Positions 42,552-52,071 of a DNA stretch of 64,000 nucleotides are shown here, piece after piece; position 1 is the first letter of the stretch; every line of letters starts with the position of its first letter. The notes under the pieces are model-generated. The model searched no databases. It was not told where the DNA came from and worked only from the letters and a program-made list of their open reading frames with translations. The position numbers and the translations under genes are program-made. Origin of the DNA: an uncultured Clostridia bacterium (lineage in GTDB: Bacteria > Bacillota > Clostridia > TANB77 > CAG-465); assembly GCA_934162655.1 (NCBI GenBank), contig CAKPJL010000004.1, forward strand, positions 38-64,037, in the 5' to 3' direction.

Positions 42552-43416
42552 ATATACCAGGCATTCCAGTTCTATATGTACCTCTCGTTTGTATTCCGCC
42601 AATTCCATTTATCCCCTCACGTGTATTTGAAAGTATGTTAGATATTGATATAAATTCTTCAACCGGTGTATATGATACCGTTTCTGCAACTATTATTGGG
42701 TCCATCATATCTATCAATACCCTTTTAGGAGAAGATGCAAAATTAGCACCGGCAGAAATTATTGCTTCATAATAACTCTGGCATGCTCCCGCAAATATAA
42801 CTAAATTGTCCAAATTATGTTCATATCTTCTAGCCTCAAGTACTCCCTGCACATAATATCTCGAATTTTTATAATTATCAATGTTGTATATATCATTTCG
42901 CCTTTTCATAAATGCATCATGCCCTGTAAGAACTAGTATATTTGGTCTAATTTTTTGCAACAACTGATATACTTGTTTGTATTGTTCTGACTCTGGTATG
43001 TTGTAAACATATGCTCTAACACCCATTTTTTTATAAAGTTCTCTACTTTTTGCAGCATATTCTGCATCTCCATCAATATGTAAAATAACTCCTGGTTTTT
43101 TATATAACTTTTCTTTTTGAAAGTAATTTGGATTTTCATATATCTTAATGTCATCCCTAAAATACCCTCTTCTTCTAGCATTATTATAGCATCTATTCAT
43201 TCTAGCATGTCTAGATAATTCTATGCTCTTTATCCTTTTGTCCTTTTCTTCCTTATCTATATGTTTTAAGTCATATATTGGTGAATCAGCAACTATTCTA
43301 ACTGTTATTCCAACTAAGTCTGCTGTGTCAGCATTTATATTTGTAATTCTAAATAATATATCATAATTATAAGATTTTCTAGCAACTATATCTCCTACTT
43401 TAAAGCTACTACTCAT
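42550..43416 (-). CDS. yabG: Sporulation-specific protease YabG
   Basis: 288 aa; FKVGDIVARKSYNYDILFRI..., LVLTGHDA, VIFAGACQSYYEAIISAGANFASSP align with B. subtilis YabG as I recall it. Confidence 0.88.
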   Translation of the reverse strand: MSSSFKVGDIVARKSYNYDILFRITNINADTADLVGITVRIVADSPIYDLKHIDKEEKDKRIKSIELSRHARMNRCYNNARRRGYFRDDIKIYENPNYFQKEKLYKKPGVILHIDGDAEYAAKSRELYKKMGVRAYVYNIPESEQYKQVYQLLQKIRPNILVLTGHDAFMKRRNDIYNIDNYKNSRYYVQGVLEARRYEHNLDNLVIFAGACQSYYEAIISAGANFASSPKRVLIDMMDPIIVAETVSYTPVEEFISISNILSNTREGINGIGGIQTRGTYRTGMPGI

Positions 43417-43531
43417 TTAGTTCACCTCATGTATATTTTATGAACAATTGTAAATTATGTGATTTATAAATTCATATTGACTTTTATTTTCTTATACAGT
43501 AAAATCTTATCTGTAAAGTGAGTGAATTACG

Positions 43532-44773
43532 ATGATAGAAAAATTTTTAAATAAATTATTATTAATAATAATTTTCATAGTGCCTCTAACTATTTATCCT
43601 AACTATACAACTAAATTGCAAGTGTTATACTTTGTAGGAATATTACTATTTACACTCTTACTAGTAAAATTTAGAGAATGGACTTTTGATAAATCAGACT
43701 TAATACTGCTTGGTTTTCTAATACTAGTGTGTATTAGTACAATATTTTCTGTAAATGTCAAAGTATCAATATTTGGATATTTTAATAGATATGAAGGATT
43801 GCTAACATTTATAATATATTATTTAGTATATTACTGTTCAAAATATTATTTTAGAAATAAAAAAAGTATAATAATAGGAATATGTATACTTACAATGATA
43901 ACTTCTATACTTGCCATTTTGCAGTATTACAACGCACCTTTTATAAAAGTTTTTTTTAAACATGCTTCTTTTGCATGTGCCACTTTTGGAAATAGAAATT
44001 TTTACGGTGCATTTATATCACTAACATTTCCTATAATTATGTGCCTTTATATATTTCTAGGTAAAAAATTATTACTTATACCTAATGCTTTGCTTTTCTA
44101 CTCCATGCTTGCTTGTCTGACTAGAAGTTGCTACTTAGCATTTATAGTATTTTCAATTATTGGCGTTATTTATCTAATAAAGCAAAAAAATAAGAATTAT
44201 TTTAAGCGTTCATTGCTTTTACTTATATTGTTTGTTCTACTATTTATTTTATTTAATGTATTGAGTCCTAATGCTTTAATTGGAAGATATAAAGCAAGTA
44301 TAGAAGAAATACAAAACAAAGACTCGCTCGGTAGCAATAGAGGATATATTTGGCAAATAGCCATTAACATCATAAAAGACCATCCATTAACTGGATGTGG
44401 TACTGATGCTTTTTTGTGTGAGCTTACTAACAACCATACATTTGAACTAGTTAATGTTATATATGATAAAGTAGGAGGTTTGCCAGACAAGGCACACAAT
44501 GAATATTTACAAATTGCATCCACAATTGGAATACCGGCCTTAATTTTATACTTAGCCTTTGTGGCACTTACAATAAAAAATTTACTAAGGAATGATCTAA
44601 ATAAAAATAAAATAGCTTTTGTAGTTTTACTATGTATTATAAGTTACCTTGTTCAAGCTTTCTTTAATATAAGTACAATTGACATAGCACCTATACTTTA
44701 CTTAATATATGGGTATTCATACCAATTGAGAGAATACAAAAAGCTGCCAAGTGCAAAAAAAGAAAGAGTTTAA
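43532..44773 (+). CDS. O-antigen ligase/polymerase family (Wzy_C) membrane protein
   Basis: 413 aa, about 10-12 TM segments; loop with GSNRGYIW...HPLTGCG and HNEYLQIASTIGIP. Confidence 0.75.
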   Translation: MIEKFLNKLLLIIIFIVPLTIYPNYTTKLQVLYFVGILLFTLLLVKFREWTFDKSDLILLGFLILVCISTIFSVNVKVSIFGYFNRYEGLLTFIIYYLVYYCSKYYFRNKKSIIIGICILTMITSILAILQYYNAPFIKVFFKHASFACATFGNRNFYGAFISLTFPIIMCLYIFLGKKLLLIPNALLFYSMLACLTRSCYLAFIVFSIIGVIYLIKQKNKNYFKRSLLLLILFVLLFILFNVLSPNALIGRYKASIEEIQNKDSLGSNRGYIWQIAINIIKDHPLTGCGTDAFLCELTNNHTFELVNVIYDKVGGLPDKAHNEYLQIASTIGIPALILYLAFVALTIKNLLRNDLNKNKIAFVVLLCIISYLVQAFFNISTIDIAPILYLIYGYSYQLREYKKLPSAKKERV

Positions 44774-44796
44774 ACACTCTTTCTTTTTTATATTTA

Positions 44797-45048
44797 CTAT
44801 TGAACAGTATAAGGTAATAATGCAATATGTCTAGCTCTTTTAATAGCTTCATTTACTTTTCTTTGATGTTTTGCACAAGTTCCTGTTACTCTTCTTGGTA
44901 ATATTTTACCTTTATCACTAATATATCTTTTTAATTTTTCTACATCTTTGTAGTCAATTTCATCTATATTGTCAACGCAAAAATTACAAACTTTTTTTCT
45001 TGGTTTTCTAAATGGTTTGTCATTTTTCTTTGCATTTCTATCTGCCAT
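44797..45048 (-). CDS. rpsR: 30S ribosomal protein S18
   Basis: [43 protein letters not shown]. Confidence 0.96.
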   Translation of the reverse strand: MADRNAKKNDKPFRKPRKKVCNFCVDNIDEIDYKDVEKLKRYISDKGKILPRRVTGTCAKHQRKVNEAIKRARHIALLPYTVQ

Positions 45049-45069
45049 TTTTATTTCCTCCTTTTTTAC

Positions 45070-45486
45070 TTAGAAAGGAAGTTCCTCGTTATCATCTATT
45101 GTAATGAAATCACCATCTGCACTAGATGATGGCACTCCCGCATCCATACTTGGAGTTGAAGAATCCCTTCTTGAATCTGCAAAATATGCATTCTCAACTA
45201 TAAAATCTGTTGCATATCTTTTTTGACCATTAGGATCATCCCAACTTCTATTTTGAATTCTACCTTCTACTAAAACTTGTTGGCCTTTTGTGTAATATTT
45301 AGCACAGAATTCTGCTAATTTTCCAAAAGCTGTTATATTAAAGAAATCTGCTTTTCTTTCTCCATTTTGATCGGCAAATCTTCTATTTACCGCAATAGAA
45401 AAAGTAGTAACCTGTGTATTAGTATTTGGTGTTACTTTTGTTTCAGGGTCCTTTGTTAATCTCCCCATAAATTGAAATTTATTCAT
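45070..45486 (-). CDS. ssb: Single-stranded DNA-binding protein
   Basis: MNKFQFMGRLTKDPE... OB fold and acidic DDNEELPF tail. Start at ATG 45486 after GGGGGA. Confidence 0.95.
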   Translation of the reverse strand: MNKFQFMGRLTKDPETKVTPNTNTQVTTFSIAVNRRFADQNGERKADFFNITAFGKLAEFCAKYYTKGQQVLVEGRIQNRSWDDPNGQKRYATDFIVENAYFADSRRDSSTPSMDAGVPSSSADGDFITIDDNEELPF

Positions 45487-45525
45487 ATTTTTTCCCCCTA
45501 ACATAAAATTTAAATTATTTATTCA

Positions 45526-45804
45526 TTATTTTTTTATAACCATATGTTTTAAAACTATTTCATCAAGTCTTAAAATTCTTTCAAATTCTGCAATAAATTC
45601 TGGCTTTGCTGTAAATGTAAATAGAATGTAATATCCTTCTTTTTGCTTATTTATTTCATAAGCAAGAGTTTTTTTACCCCATTCTTCTACACTTGTAAGC
45701 TCGCCATTTGCAGAAATCAATTCTTTCATTTTTTCACCGAAAGCAACTGTTTTTTCTTCTTCAGCTGCTGCTGATAAAATTATAACTGATTCGTAATTAT
45801 TCAT
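45526..45804 (-). CDS. rpsF: 30S ribosomal protein S6
   Basis: MNNYESVIILS...WGKKTLAYEI. Start at ATG 45804 after AGGAGGTG. Confidence 0.95.
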   Translation of the reverse strand: MNNYESVIILSAAAEEEKTVAFGEKMKELISANGELTSVEEWGKKTLAYEINKQKEGYYILFTFTAKPEFIAEFERILRLDEIVLKHMVIKK

Positions 45805-46062
45805 GACCAAACTCACCTCCTCTTGGACATAAGACTCTATAAAGATTATAGAGTAAGGAAATTAACTAGTAAGTATTATATCATTTTTTTATTAATTTAT
45901 CAATAAAAATTGCAAAAATTTGTTTATATATTGTTTTTTTACAAACAATATTTATAAATCATACATTCAAATCCCATAGATTTCAACATTTATTGACAAA
46001 GTAACCTTTTTTAGATATAATACATATACTTATAATAATGACAGATTTTTAGGAGGAGAGTT

Positions 46063-46680
46063 TTGAAAGTAGAAAAAATTAGTGAAAATAAAGTAAAAAT
46101 AATATTAACAATAGAAGAACTTGAAAGTAGAAAAATATCTCTAAAAGAACTAGAAAATAATACTGCACTTGCAAGAGATCTATTTTTTGATTTGATAGAA
46201 GAAAATAACTTAGACGAAGAATTTAGACTAGAAGATTCTCAACTTTTAATAGAAGCTAGTTCTGACAATGAGAATTTATTTGTAGTAACAATAACAAAGG
46301 TAGATGATTTTCCTACTAGTATAAAGCCTTATTCCAAATCAATTGATAGTAAAAATCACACTTCTAAAATCAAGAAAAACTACAAAGTAACAAGTAACAT
46401 ATTTGTTTTTTCAAATATTGATGATATATTATCTTTTTGCGATAAGGCAAGAAACGAAGATATATTCTGTGGAAGAAATAGTCTTTATAAGGACGAAAAG
46501 AATTATTTTATTATATTTTCAAATAACGCAACTAAGAATAAAAAATTTATAAATACATTTTCACTTTTATCTGAATACTGTATATCATATCATAATTTTG
46601 ATATGCTTAGTGCAAACATAAAGGAAAAATGTAATTTAATAATATCTAATAATGCAATACAAAGATTAATGAAAATATAG
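46063..46680 (+). CDS. mecA: MecA-like adaptor protein (ClpC adaptor family)
   Basis: TTG start after AGGAGGAG. MKVEKISENKVKIILTIEELESR..., LFVVTITKVDD pattern. Confidence 0.75.
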   Translation: MKVEKISENKVKIILTIEELESRKISLKELENNTALARDLFFDLIEENNLDEEFRLEDSQLLIEASSDNENLFVVTITKVDDFPTSIKPYSKSIDSKNHTSKIKKNYKVTSNIFVFSNIDDILSFCDKARNEDIFCGRNSLYKDEKNYFIIFSNNATKNKKFINTFSLLSEYCISYHNFDMLSANIKEKCNLIISNNAIQRLMKI

Positions 46681-46701
46681 TTTCAAGTGCCTTACTTGAA
46701 G

Positions 46702-47109
46702 CTATATTTTTGAATAGCTACATTTTTTTACACCTATATCTATTGTTTTATAATTAATTTCTATTCTACCGCCATTAAACCCTATACTCTTATACTTAGC
46801 CTTATATAAAATATTAAACTCTATAAGCTCACCATAAGTTTTTTTATAGTTTGGTACACTAATAACTATGTTATCTTTTTCAAATCCATTATTTTCTAAA
46901 TCATTTAATAGATTTTTCCTTTCATTTTCAGTTAAATATCCAAACTTTTCTATAACAAACATGTATTTTTCAGATATTTTATTTAATTTTTGTTGAAATA
47001 TCAATGGCATTAATGAATTCATTAATGTCATACCTACTATTATAATAGCAACTATACATATTATAACTATTATAGGTGTAACAACAATTGTATTTCCCCT
47101 CTTATTCAT
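46702..47109 (-). CDS. Tad-locus pseudopilin-like protein (DUF4320-like)
   Basis: 135 aa. N-terminus MNKRGNTIVVTPIIVIICIVAIIIV shares the KRGN-plus-hydrophobic-helix leader with the upstream gene; overlaps it by 8 nt. Confidence 0.5.
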   Translation of the reverse strand: MNKRGNTIVVTPIIVIICIVAIIIVGMTLMNSLMPLIFQQKLNKISEKYMFVIEKFGYLTENERKNLLNDLENNGFEKDNIVISVPNYKKTYGELIEFNILYKAKYKSIGFNGGRIEINYKTIDIGVKKCSYSKI

Positions 47110-47533
47110 ATAACACTTCCATATTCTTTAACTTTACATTATCTACAAAATTAAATTGCAGACTTTCACCTATCAAATTCTTAAATACTACTGGATAAAA
47201 ATTGACATTATACTTTATTAAAACGTTATTATTATTAAAATCGTAGGATACACTTTCTACATTAACCCTGTTTTTATAATTTAAATATATAAGCTCACTT
47301 ATCTTATCTTTCATTACATTACTATCAACTTTGTAACTATAATACTTAAATTCATTCATGTCCATACTAAAAAATGAATTCTGTACTATATAAAATATAT
47401 CTTTTCTTACCTCATTTATTTGGAGATCTACCTGACTATATAATACATACATATTAAAAAATATAAACATAACTACTACCATAGCAAGACATATCCATAT
47501 TATTAAAATATTTCCTCTTTTACTATTAACCAT
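47102..47533 (-). CDS. TadE-like pseudopilin-like protein
   Basis: Start moved to ATG 47533, 1 nt after the upstream stop: MVNSKRGNILIIWICLAMVVVMFIF... Confidence 0.5.
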   Translation of the reverse strand: MVNSKRGNILIIWICLAMVVVMFIFFNMYVLYSQVDLQINEVRKDIFYIVQNSFFSMDMNEFKYYSYKVDSNVMKDKISELIYLNYKNRVNVESVSYDFNNNNVLIKYNVNFYPVVFKNLIGESLQFNFVDNVKLKNMEVLYE

Positions 47534-47534
47534 A

Positions 47535-49130
47535 TTATAATTCCTCAATACTATAAACTTTTCTAATTTCATTTTTATTAATAATTCCATTTTCAAAAAT
47601 ATAATTAATATTTTTAGTATAATCATCTACTAAATCAATTAAAACTACATCATTAAAACTCTTACCTAACACACTATACAAAATTTCTATTTTACAAGGA
47701 CTTTTTATTCTATTTCCTACCATTTTAAAATCTATATCAAAGTAATTTTGGAATTTATTTCTTAAATAATCCCATGTCATAAGAGTAATGTTATTTTCAT
47801 TATTAATATTAACTCCTAATAAATAAAATTTTTTATTTTTACTTAGCAAAGTAAAATCTGTTTTATTTCCATCAATATAAAATTCAATATCCTCTAAATT
47901 TATATCATCATAATTTAAGCTTAACTTTACTGCTATATCCCTACCTTTTTCAACAAATCCATATGAATTGCTATTTTTAGTTATATTAGTTTGGACAAGT
48001 GGACTTACAACCAATTTATTATCTTCTTTTTTTTGAATATACACATCTTTAGAAGATAAAGGAACTATTAATTTTTCGTCTATGTTAATTTCTATATCTT
48101 TTTCTAGTACATCTTCCATAAGGCCATCTACACTAAAATCCGTATATAAATAACTTACTACTTTAACATGAAGTACATGTTTTCCCGGAGTTGAAAACAT
48201 ACTTCTGGAAACAGTATAGTATATATTTTTGTCCACCAATACCGTTTTACTGCCACTTACCGTTGAAATCTTTTGTCCATTTATATATAGCGTAGAACTA
48301 ATACTTTTAATTTGTTTTTCTGTAGCATAATCAGTTAAGTTAATGGCACTGGCACCAAAATTTATATTCAATGGTATATTATCTTGCACTTTTGATATAT
48401 GAGTGCTGCCAGTAAAATTAAAATCAGATTTAACATTTGCATTAGCTGCCATAGGCTTTATAGCAAGTGTAGCATATCTTATATTTCCTTTATTATTAAT
48501 TCTATTTATAGTAACAACTCCATATGTTTTCCATGTAGGACAAGTATTTAACATAACTTTATCAAGGCCTATTTTTTGCGGCGTAATGTTATACTCTATT
48601 AAATCATATGAATTGCATGTATTGCTTGAATAGTCAATGGTATCAAACAGTAAATTACTGTTTTTAGTATAATTTAACTGCTCTATATATTTATATTTAC
48701 TTGTATCATTCCACGATTCTTGTGCCCCTCTCATATATATATAATTCCATTTATCAGGTGTGGTCTCAGGAGTTCCATCAACTGGAAAATATACATTGGC
48801 TATAAGATTTCCATTATATCCTCTACCTAACAAATAATATTCTCCCCTAACACCATTACTATAATATTTTCCTTTATCTAAAACAGTTTTAAATCTTTGA
48901 TTTGTGGTGATGTTAAACATATTTTCAGGAGTAGAATATGAGAAAACATTATATGTATAATAAATAGTCTCATTTATTTCTTCACCGTATATATTATATC
49001 TTGGTATTCCTATTGTATCTATTACAAATTTAAATTTTTCAGATATTGCTCCAAAACAATTATTCTTAAAGGCAATTATAACTAATAATACCAATATAAC
49101 GAATATTTGCAATTTATATACTTTTTTCAT
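47535..49130 (-). CDS. Large secreted protein of the Tad-like operon (function unknown)
   Basis: Start at ATG 49130 after AAGGGGG. Signal peptide MKKVYKLQIFVILVLLVIIAFKNNCFGA; no recognisable motif and no Walker A. Confidence 0.6.
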   Translation of the reverse strand: MKKVYKLQIFVILVLLVIIAFKNNCFGAISEKFKFVIDTIGIPRYNIYGEEINETIYYTYNVFSYSTPENMFNITTNQRFKTVLDKGKYYSNGVRGEYYLLGRGYNGNLIANVYFPVDGTPETTPDKWNYIYMRGAQESWNDTSKYKYIEQLNYTKNSNLLFDTIDYSSNTCNSYDLIEYNITPQKIGLDKVMLNTCPTWKTYGVVTINRINNKGNIRYATLAIKPMAANANVKSDFNFTGSTHISKVQDNIPLNINFGASAINLTDYATEKQIKSISSTLYINGQKISTVSGSKTVLVDKNIYYTVSRSMFSTPGKHVLHVKVVSYLYTDFSVDGLMEDVLEKDIEINIDEKLIVPLSSKDVYIQKKEDNKLVVSPLVQTNITKNSNSYGFVEKGRDIAVKLSLNYDDINLEDIEFYIDGNKTDFTLLSKNKKFYLLGVNINNENNITLMTWDYLRNKFQNYFDIDFKMVGNRIKSPCKIEILYSVLGKSFNDVVLIDLVDDYTKNINYIFENGIINKNEIRKVYSIEEL

Positions 49131-49140
49131 ATACGCCCCC

Positions 49141-49698
49141 TTAGACATAAATAATATTAAAAAATATTAAATTTTTATCGTTGTCAAATTCAAAGCTATA
49201 TTTTAAATTTTTACCGATTTGACCAAAATTAGAAATATTACTTTCCTTATTTTCTTTATAATCCATGTATTTATCCGATATTAATACTACCATTTCTTGT
49301 AATGCTACATCTTCTAAATTTAAACCATATTTTACATTTAAAAAACTCATAATTTCAAATAGATAGTTTTTATCAACATATAATTTTTCACTATATTCTT
49401 CTTTATATATCTTGTTAAATCCTATTTTAATGATATCTTTTTGACAAATAACTTGAATATCAAAAAAATCATTATTTAACTCTTTTATGTTAGTTCCAAA
49501 ATATAAAATATTATTTTTTTCTATATACTCTCTATCTTTTACATACTCCTTAGGATTTATATTATATTCTTTGAAATTTTTATTTAATGTAGTTGTCTTT
49601 TTTATGATAGCATTTTTTATAATTAAAGTTATAAAAATAACTATAATAACAATAATAATAAAATAAATAATATTTTTTATATTAACATTATTCAACAT
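49141..49698 (-). CDS. Single-pass membrane protein of the Tad-like operon
   Basis: 185 aa with N-terminal TM IIYFIIIVIIVIFITLII; overlaps both neighbours. Confidence 0.55.
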   Translation of the reverse strand: MLNNVNIKNIIYFIIIVIIVIFITLIIKNAIIKKTTTLNKNFKEYNINPKEYVKDREYIEKNNILYFGTNIKELNNDFFDIQVICQKDIIKIGFNKIYKEEYSEKLYVDKNYLFEIMSFLNVKYGLNLEDVALQEMVVLISDKYMDYKENKESNISNFGQIGKNLKYSFEFDNDKNLIFFNIIYV

Positions 49699-50075
49699 TT
49701 AACAGATTTCCTTCTAATTACTACTTTATCTTTTGTTAAATTATATACATGGTTTATTTTATCTAATATATATTCTTCACCTTTACGCATACTAAATAAA
49801 TTCTCACTAAGAAGTAAGCATGATAAAATATGTTTTGGCTCAAATTTATTTGTAACTATTAAAATATTATCCTTTGATTTTATACTACTAAAGTTTTCTT
49901 CTATAAATTCAATATTATTAGAAATAATAACATAAATATCAATTTTTGTTTTAGATGCCTTTTCAAAATAGAATTTTATTTTATTACCATATATGGTTTT
50001 TGATATTTCTTCTACATTATCTATATAATTTTTTATCTCATCATTATTCTCATCTTTTATTATAATTACATTCAT
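49692..50075 (-). CDS. Small cytoplasmic protein, possibly a TadZ-type atypical receiver-like domain without the ATPase domain
   Basis: 127 aa with alternating beta/alpha pattern (MNVIIIKD..., IDIYVIISNN, ILIVTNK) and no P-loop; weak inference. Confidence 0.3.
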   Translation of the reverse strand: MNVIIIKDENNDEIKNYIDNVEEISKTIYGNKIKFYFEKASKTKIDIYVIISNNIEFIEENFSSIKSKDNILIVTNKFEPKHILSCLLLSENLFSMRKGEEYILDKINHVYNLTKDKVVIRRKSVKC

Positions 50076-50084
50076 TTATTCACC

Positions 50085-50783
50085 CTACCTTACAATTGAA
50101 AAACTAAATTTCCCATAATTTTTTAAATTATTAATTTTTATAGCCACATCACTTTTTACTCTTATCATAATTGTATCAATTAAAGTATCAGTTCCAAGTA
50201 ATTCTTTTCTATCTAAACTTATTCCGCTTTTATTAAAAGCATCTATTATATAAATATCTTTTAAAAGCCTTATTGTTGTATAAGACTCTTGTGTTCCAAG
50301 AGTAATATATTCACTCATTTCATTTTCATCATCTGCTATCAAATTAATAATACTTTCTACTTGTGATGTTTTAGAAGAATAATATATATTAACATTTTTT
50401 CCTTTTGTAGATTGATACGATACACTATCTTCAGAACTTTCCACTTTTATTGAGATATATTCATACTTTTTTGTGCACTGGTACTCTTCACTGTTTACTA
50501 AATCGGACTTTTTTAATATATCATTTGATTTTACATCATGACTAAAAACATATCCTACATAAGAATTAATATCTTCTACATATTCGGTTCCATCTGGTAC
50601 TGTGTCAATTTTGCATTCCTTTAAATTGCTTATATCTATTACTTGACCTTGCAATACATCTTCTTTTAATATGTAACATTTATTAAAATCGTTTTTTACC
50701 ATATATTTATTATAAAAAAATGTTAATAATAAATATATAATTATTGAAACTATTAAGACTACTATATACTTTTTATATTTCAT
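50085..50783 (-). CDS. CpaB/RcpC-like Flp pilus assembly protein (SAF domain)
   Basis: N-terminal TM, then the SAF-like segment CYILKEDVLQGQVIDISNLKE...YVGYVFSHDVKSNDILKKSDLV. Confidence 0.65.
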   Translation of the reverse strand: MKYKKYIVVLIVSIIIYLLLTFFYNKYMVKNDFNKCYILKEDVLQGQVIDISNLKECKIDTVPDGTEYVEDINSYVGYVFSHDVKSNDILKKSDLVNSEEYQCTKKYEYISIKVESSEDSVSYQSTKGKNVNIYYSSKTSQVESIINLIADDENEMSEYITLGTQESYTTIRLLKDIYIIDAFNKSGISLDRKELLGTDTLIDTIMIRVKSDVAIKINNLKNYGKFSFSIVR

Positions 50784-50792
50784 TACTTCACC

Positions 50793-51038
50793 TTAAATAA
50801 TAGACAGGGTAGAATTTACCCAATTATTCATCCTACTCATAACATTTGAAAGTAAATTTGAAAATTGAGGATAAAACAATACTATTGCTAAAACTAAAGA
50901 TACTGCTATTAATATTATTGTTTCTGCTAAAGCAGATCCAGTTTTAGAAGATGTTTTACCTTTTTGTGAACTTAATATTATTTCTCTTTTTACTAAATTT
51001 TTATATTTACCTTTATTAAATAATTTTATTTTCCCCAT
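50793..51038 (-). CDS. Flp-family (type IVb) prepilin-like protein
   Basis: 81 aa with a long basic leader, then G/SALAETIILIAVSLVLAIVLF (Gly cleavage context, Glu at +5). The mature part is about 47 aa. Confidence 0.65.
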   Translation of the reverse strand: MGKIKLFNKGKYKNLVKREIILSSQKGKTSSKTGSALAETIILIAVSLVLAIVLFYPQFSNLLSNVMSRMNNWVNSTLSII

Positions 51039-51050
51039 ATATTCTCCTTT

Positions 51051-51890
51051 CTAAATAAAAATATTTTTCAATCCATCAGAAATCTGAATAAACATAGGAT
51101 ATGCCACAATTGCAAATATATTTATAAGTGAGATAACTGTTGAAAAACTCACTAACAAAAAATTTTTACTCGCTTTATACCTTAAATATTTAAAGTACAG
51201 ATTTTCTAATGTACCTGAAAAAATCTCTAATCCTTCTATCATATTCCCCTCTTTATCTAAATCGGATAAAATTGAAATAAACATATTAAACTCGTACGAA
51301 TTAAACTTCTTACTAAAATTTTCTATTGCCATTCTCATGTTTAAATTATACATAATATAATCATTAATAAATTTTTCGTATGCTTTTTTAAATCTATCGT
51401 ATTTTATAACATTAATGCTAATTTTTAATGCTTCTTTTAATGGTACACTAGCCGAAAGCGATATAATTAAACTTTGAACGATGTTTGAAATCTGACTAAT
51501 TAGTTTTAAATTTTCGCTTTTACTATAGCTATAAATGAGATAATTAGGTAAAAAAAACAATAAGACTAAAAATACAAATGATAAAGTTATATTTTGACTT
51601 CTTAATAATAAACATACAAAGACAAAAAATGATAATAAATATTTTATAATAATATATCTTACCAGTGTAAATCCATAAGGATATTCTAGTAGTTCTAATT
51701 TTTCTTTTACACCATTTAAATAAACTTTAATATAATTGCTATTGCTAAATTTACACAGTATTTTATTTGAGAAAAATTTAGATTTTAAATTATTAGAATT
51801 AACATATTTTGATTTTTTTAATATAATTTTATAAGATACTAGGTTATAAGATAAAAGGATTGATAATATAAATAATATTAATACATGAAT
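51051..51890 (-). CDS. TadB/TadC-like platform protein (T2SS-F family); start codon unresolved
   Basis: The track ORF (TTG at 51560) covers only the C-terminal T2SSF-like half. The frame stays open up to the stop codon at 51918-51920 and encodes additional TM segments. The only in-frame candidate near the GGAGGTG RBS is ATT at 51890; the nearby ATG (51887) is out of frame. Confidence 0.6.
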   Translation of the reverse strand: MHVLILFILSILLSYNLVSYKIILKKSKYVNSNNLKSKFFSNKILCKFSNSNYIKVYLNGVKEKLELLEYPYGFTLVRYIIIKYLLSFFVFVCLLLRSQNITLSFVFLVLLFFLPNYLIYSYSKSENLKLISQISNIVQSLIISLSASVPLKEALKISINVIKYDRFKKAYEKFINDYIMYNLNMRMAIENFSKKFNSYEFNMFISILSDLDKEGNMIEGLEIFSGTLENLYFKYLRYKASKNFLLVSFSTVISLINIFAIVAYPMFIQISDGLKNIFI

Positions 51891-51914
51891 ACAATCACCT
51901 CCAAACTTGACTTG

Positions 51915-51943
51915 ATTTTAACATGCTGATTTGAAAAAGTCAA
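51915..51943 (-). promoter_or_regulatory. Sigma-A promoter of the Tad-like operon
   Basis: Minus strand TTGACT (51943-51938), 17 nt, TAAAAT (51920-51915). Confidence 0.55.
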
Positions 51944-52015
51944 GAAAAATCGTTCGCCAAAAACTGACAAAAAAACTGTTACGAGTATATTTTGTCAAAA
52001 CTTGACAATATTTTA

Positions 52016-52044
52016 TTGACAAAAATACCATTTTTAAGTATAAT
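52016..52044 (+). promoter_or_regulatory. Sigma-A promoter of the DUF4870 gene
   Basis: TTGACA-17 nt-TATAAT. Confidence 0.6.
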
Positions 52045-52071
52045 AATTTTATGTGAAAGGTGGAATAAAAG

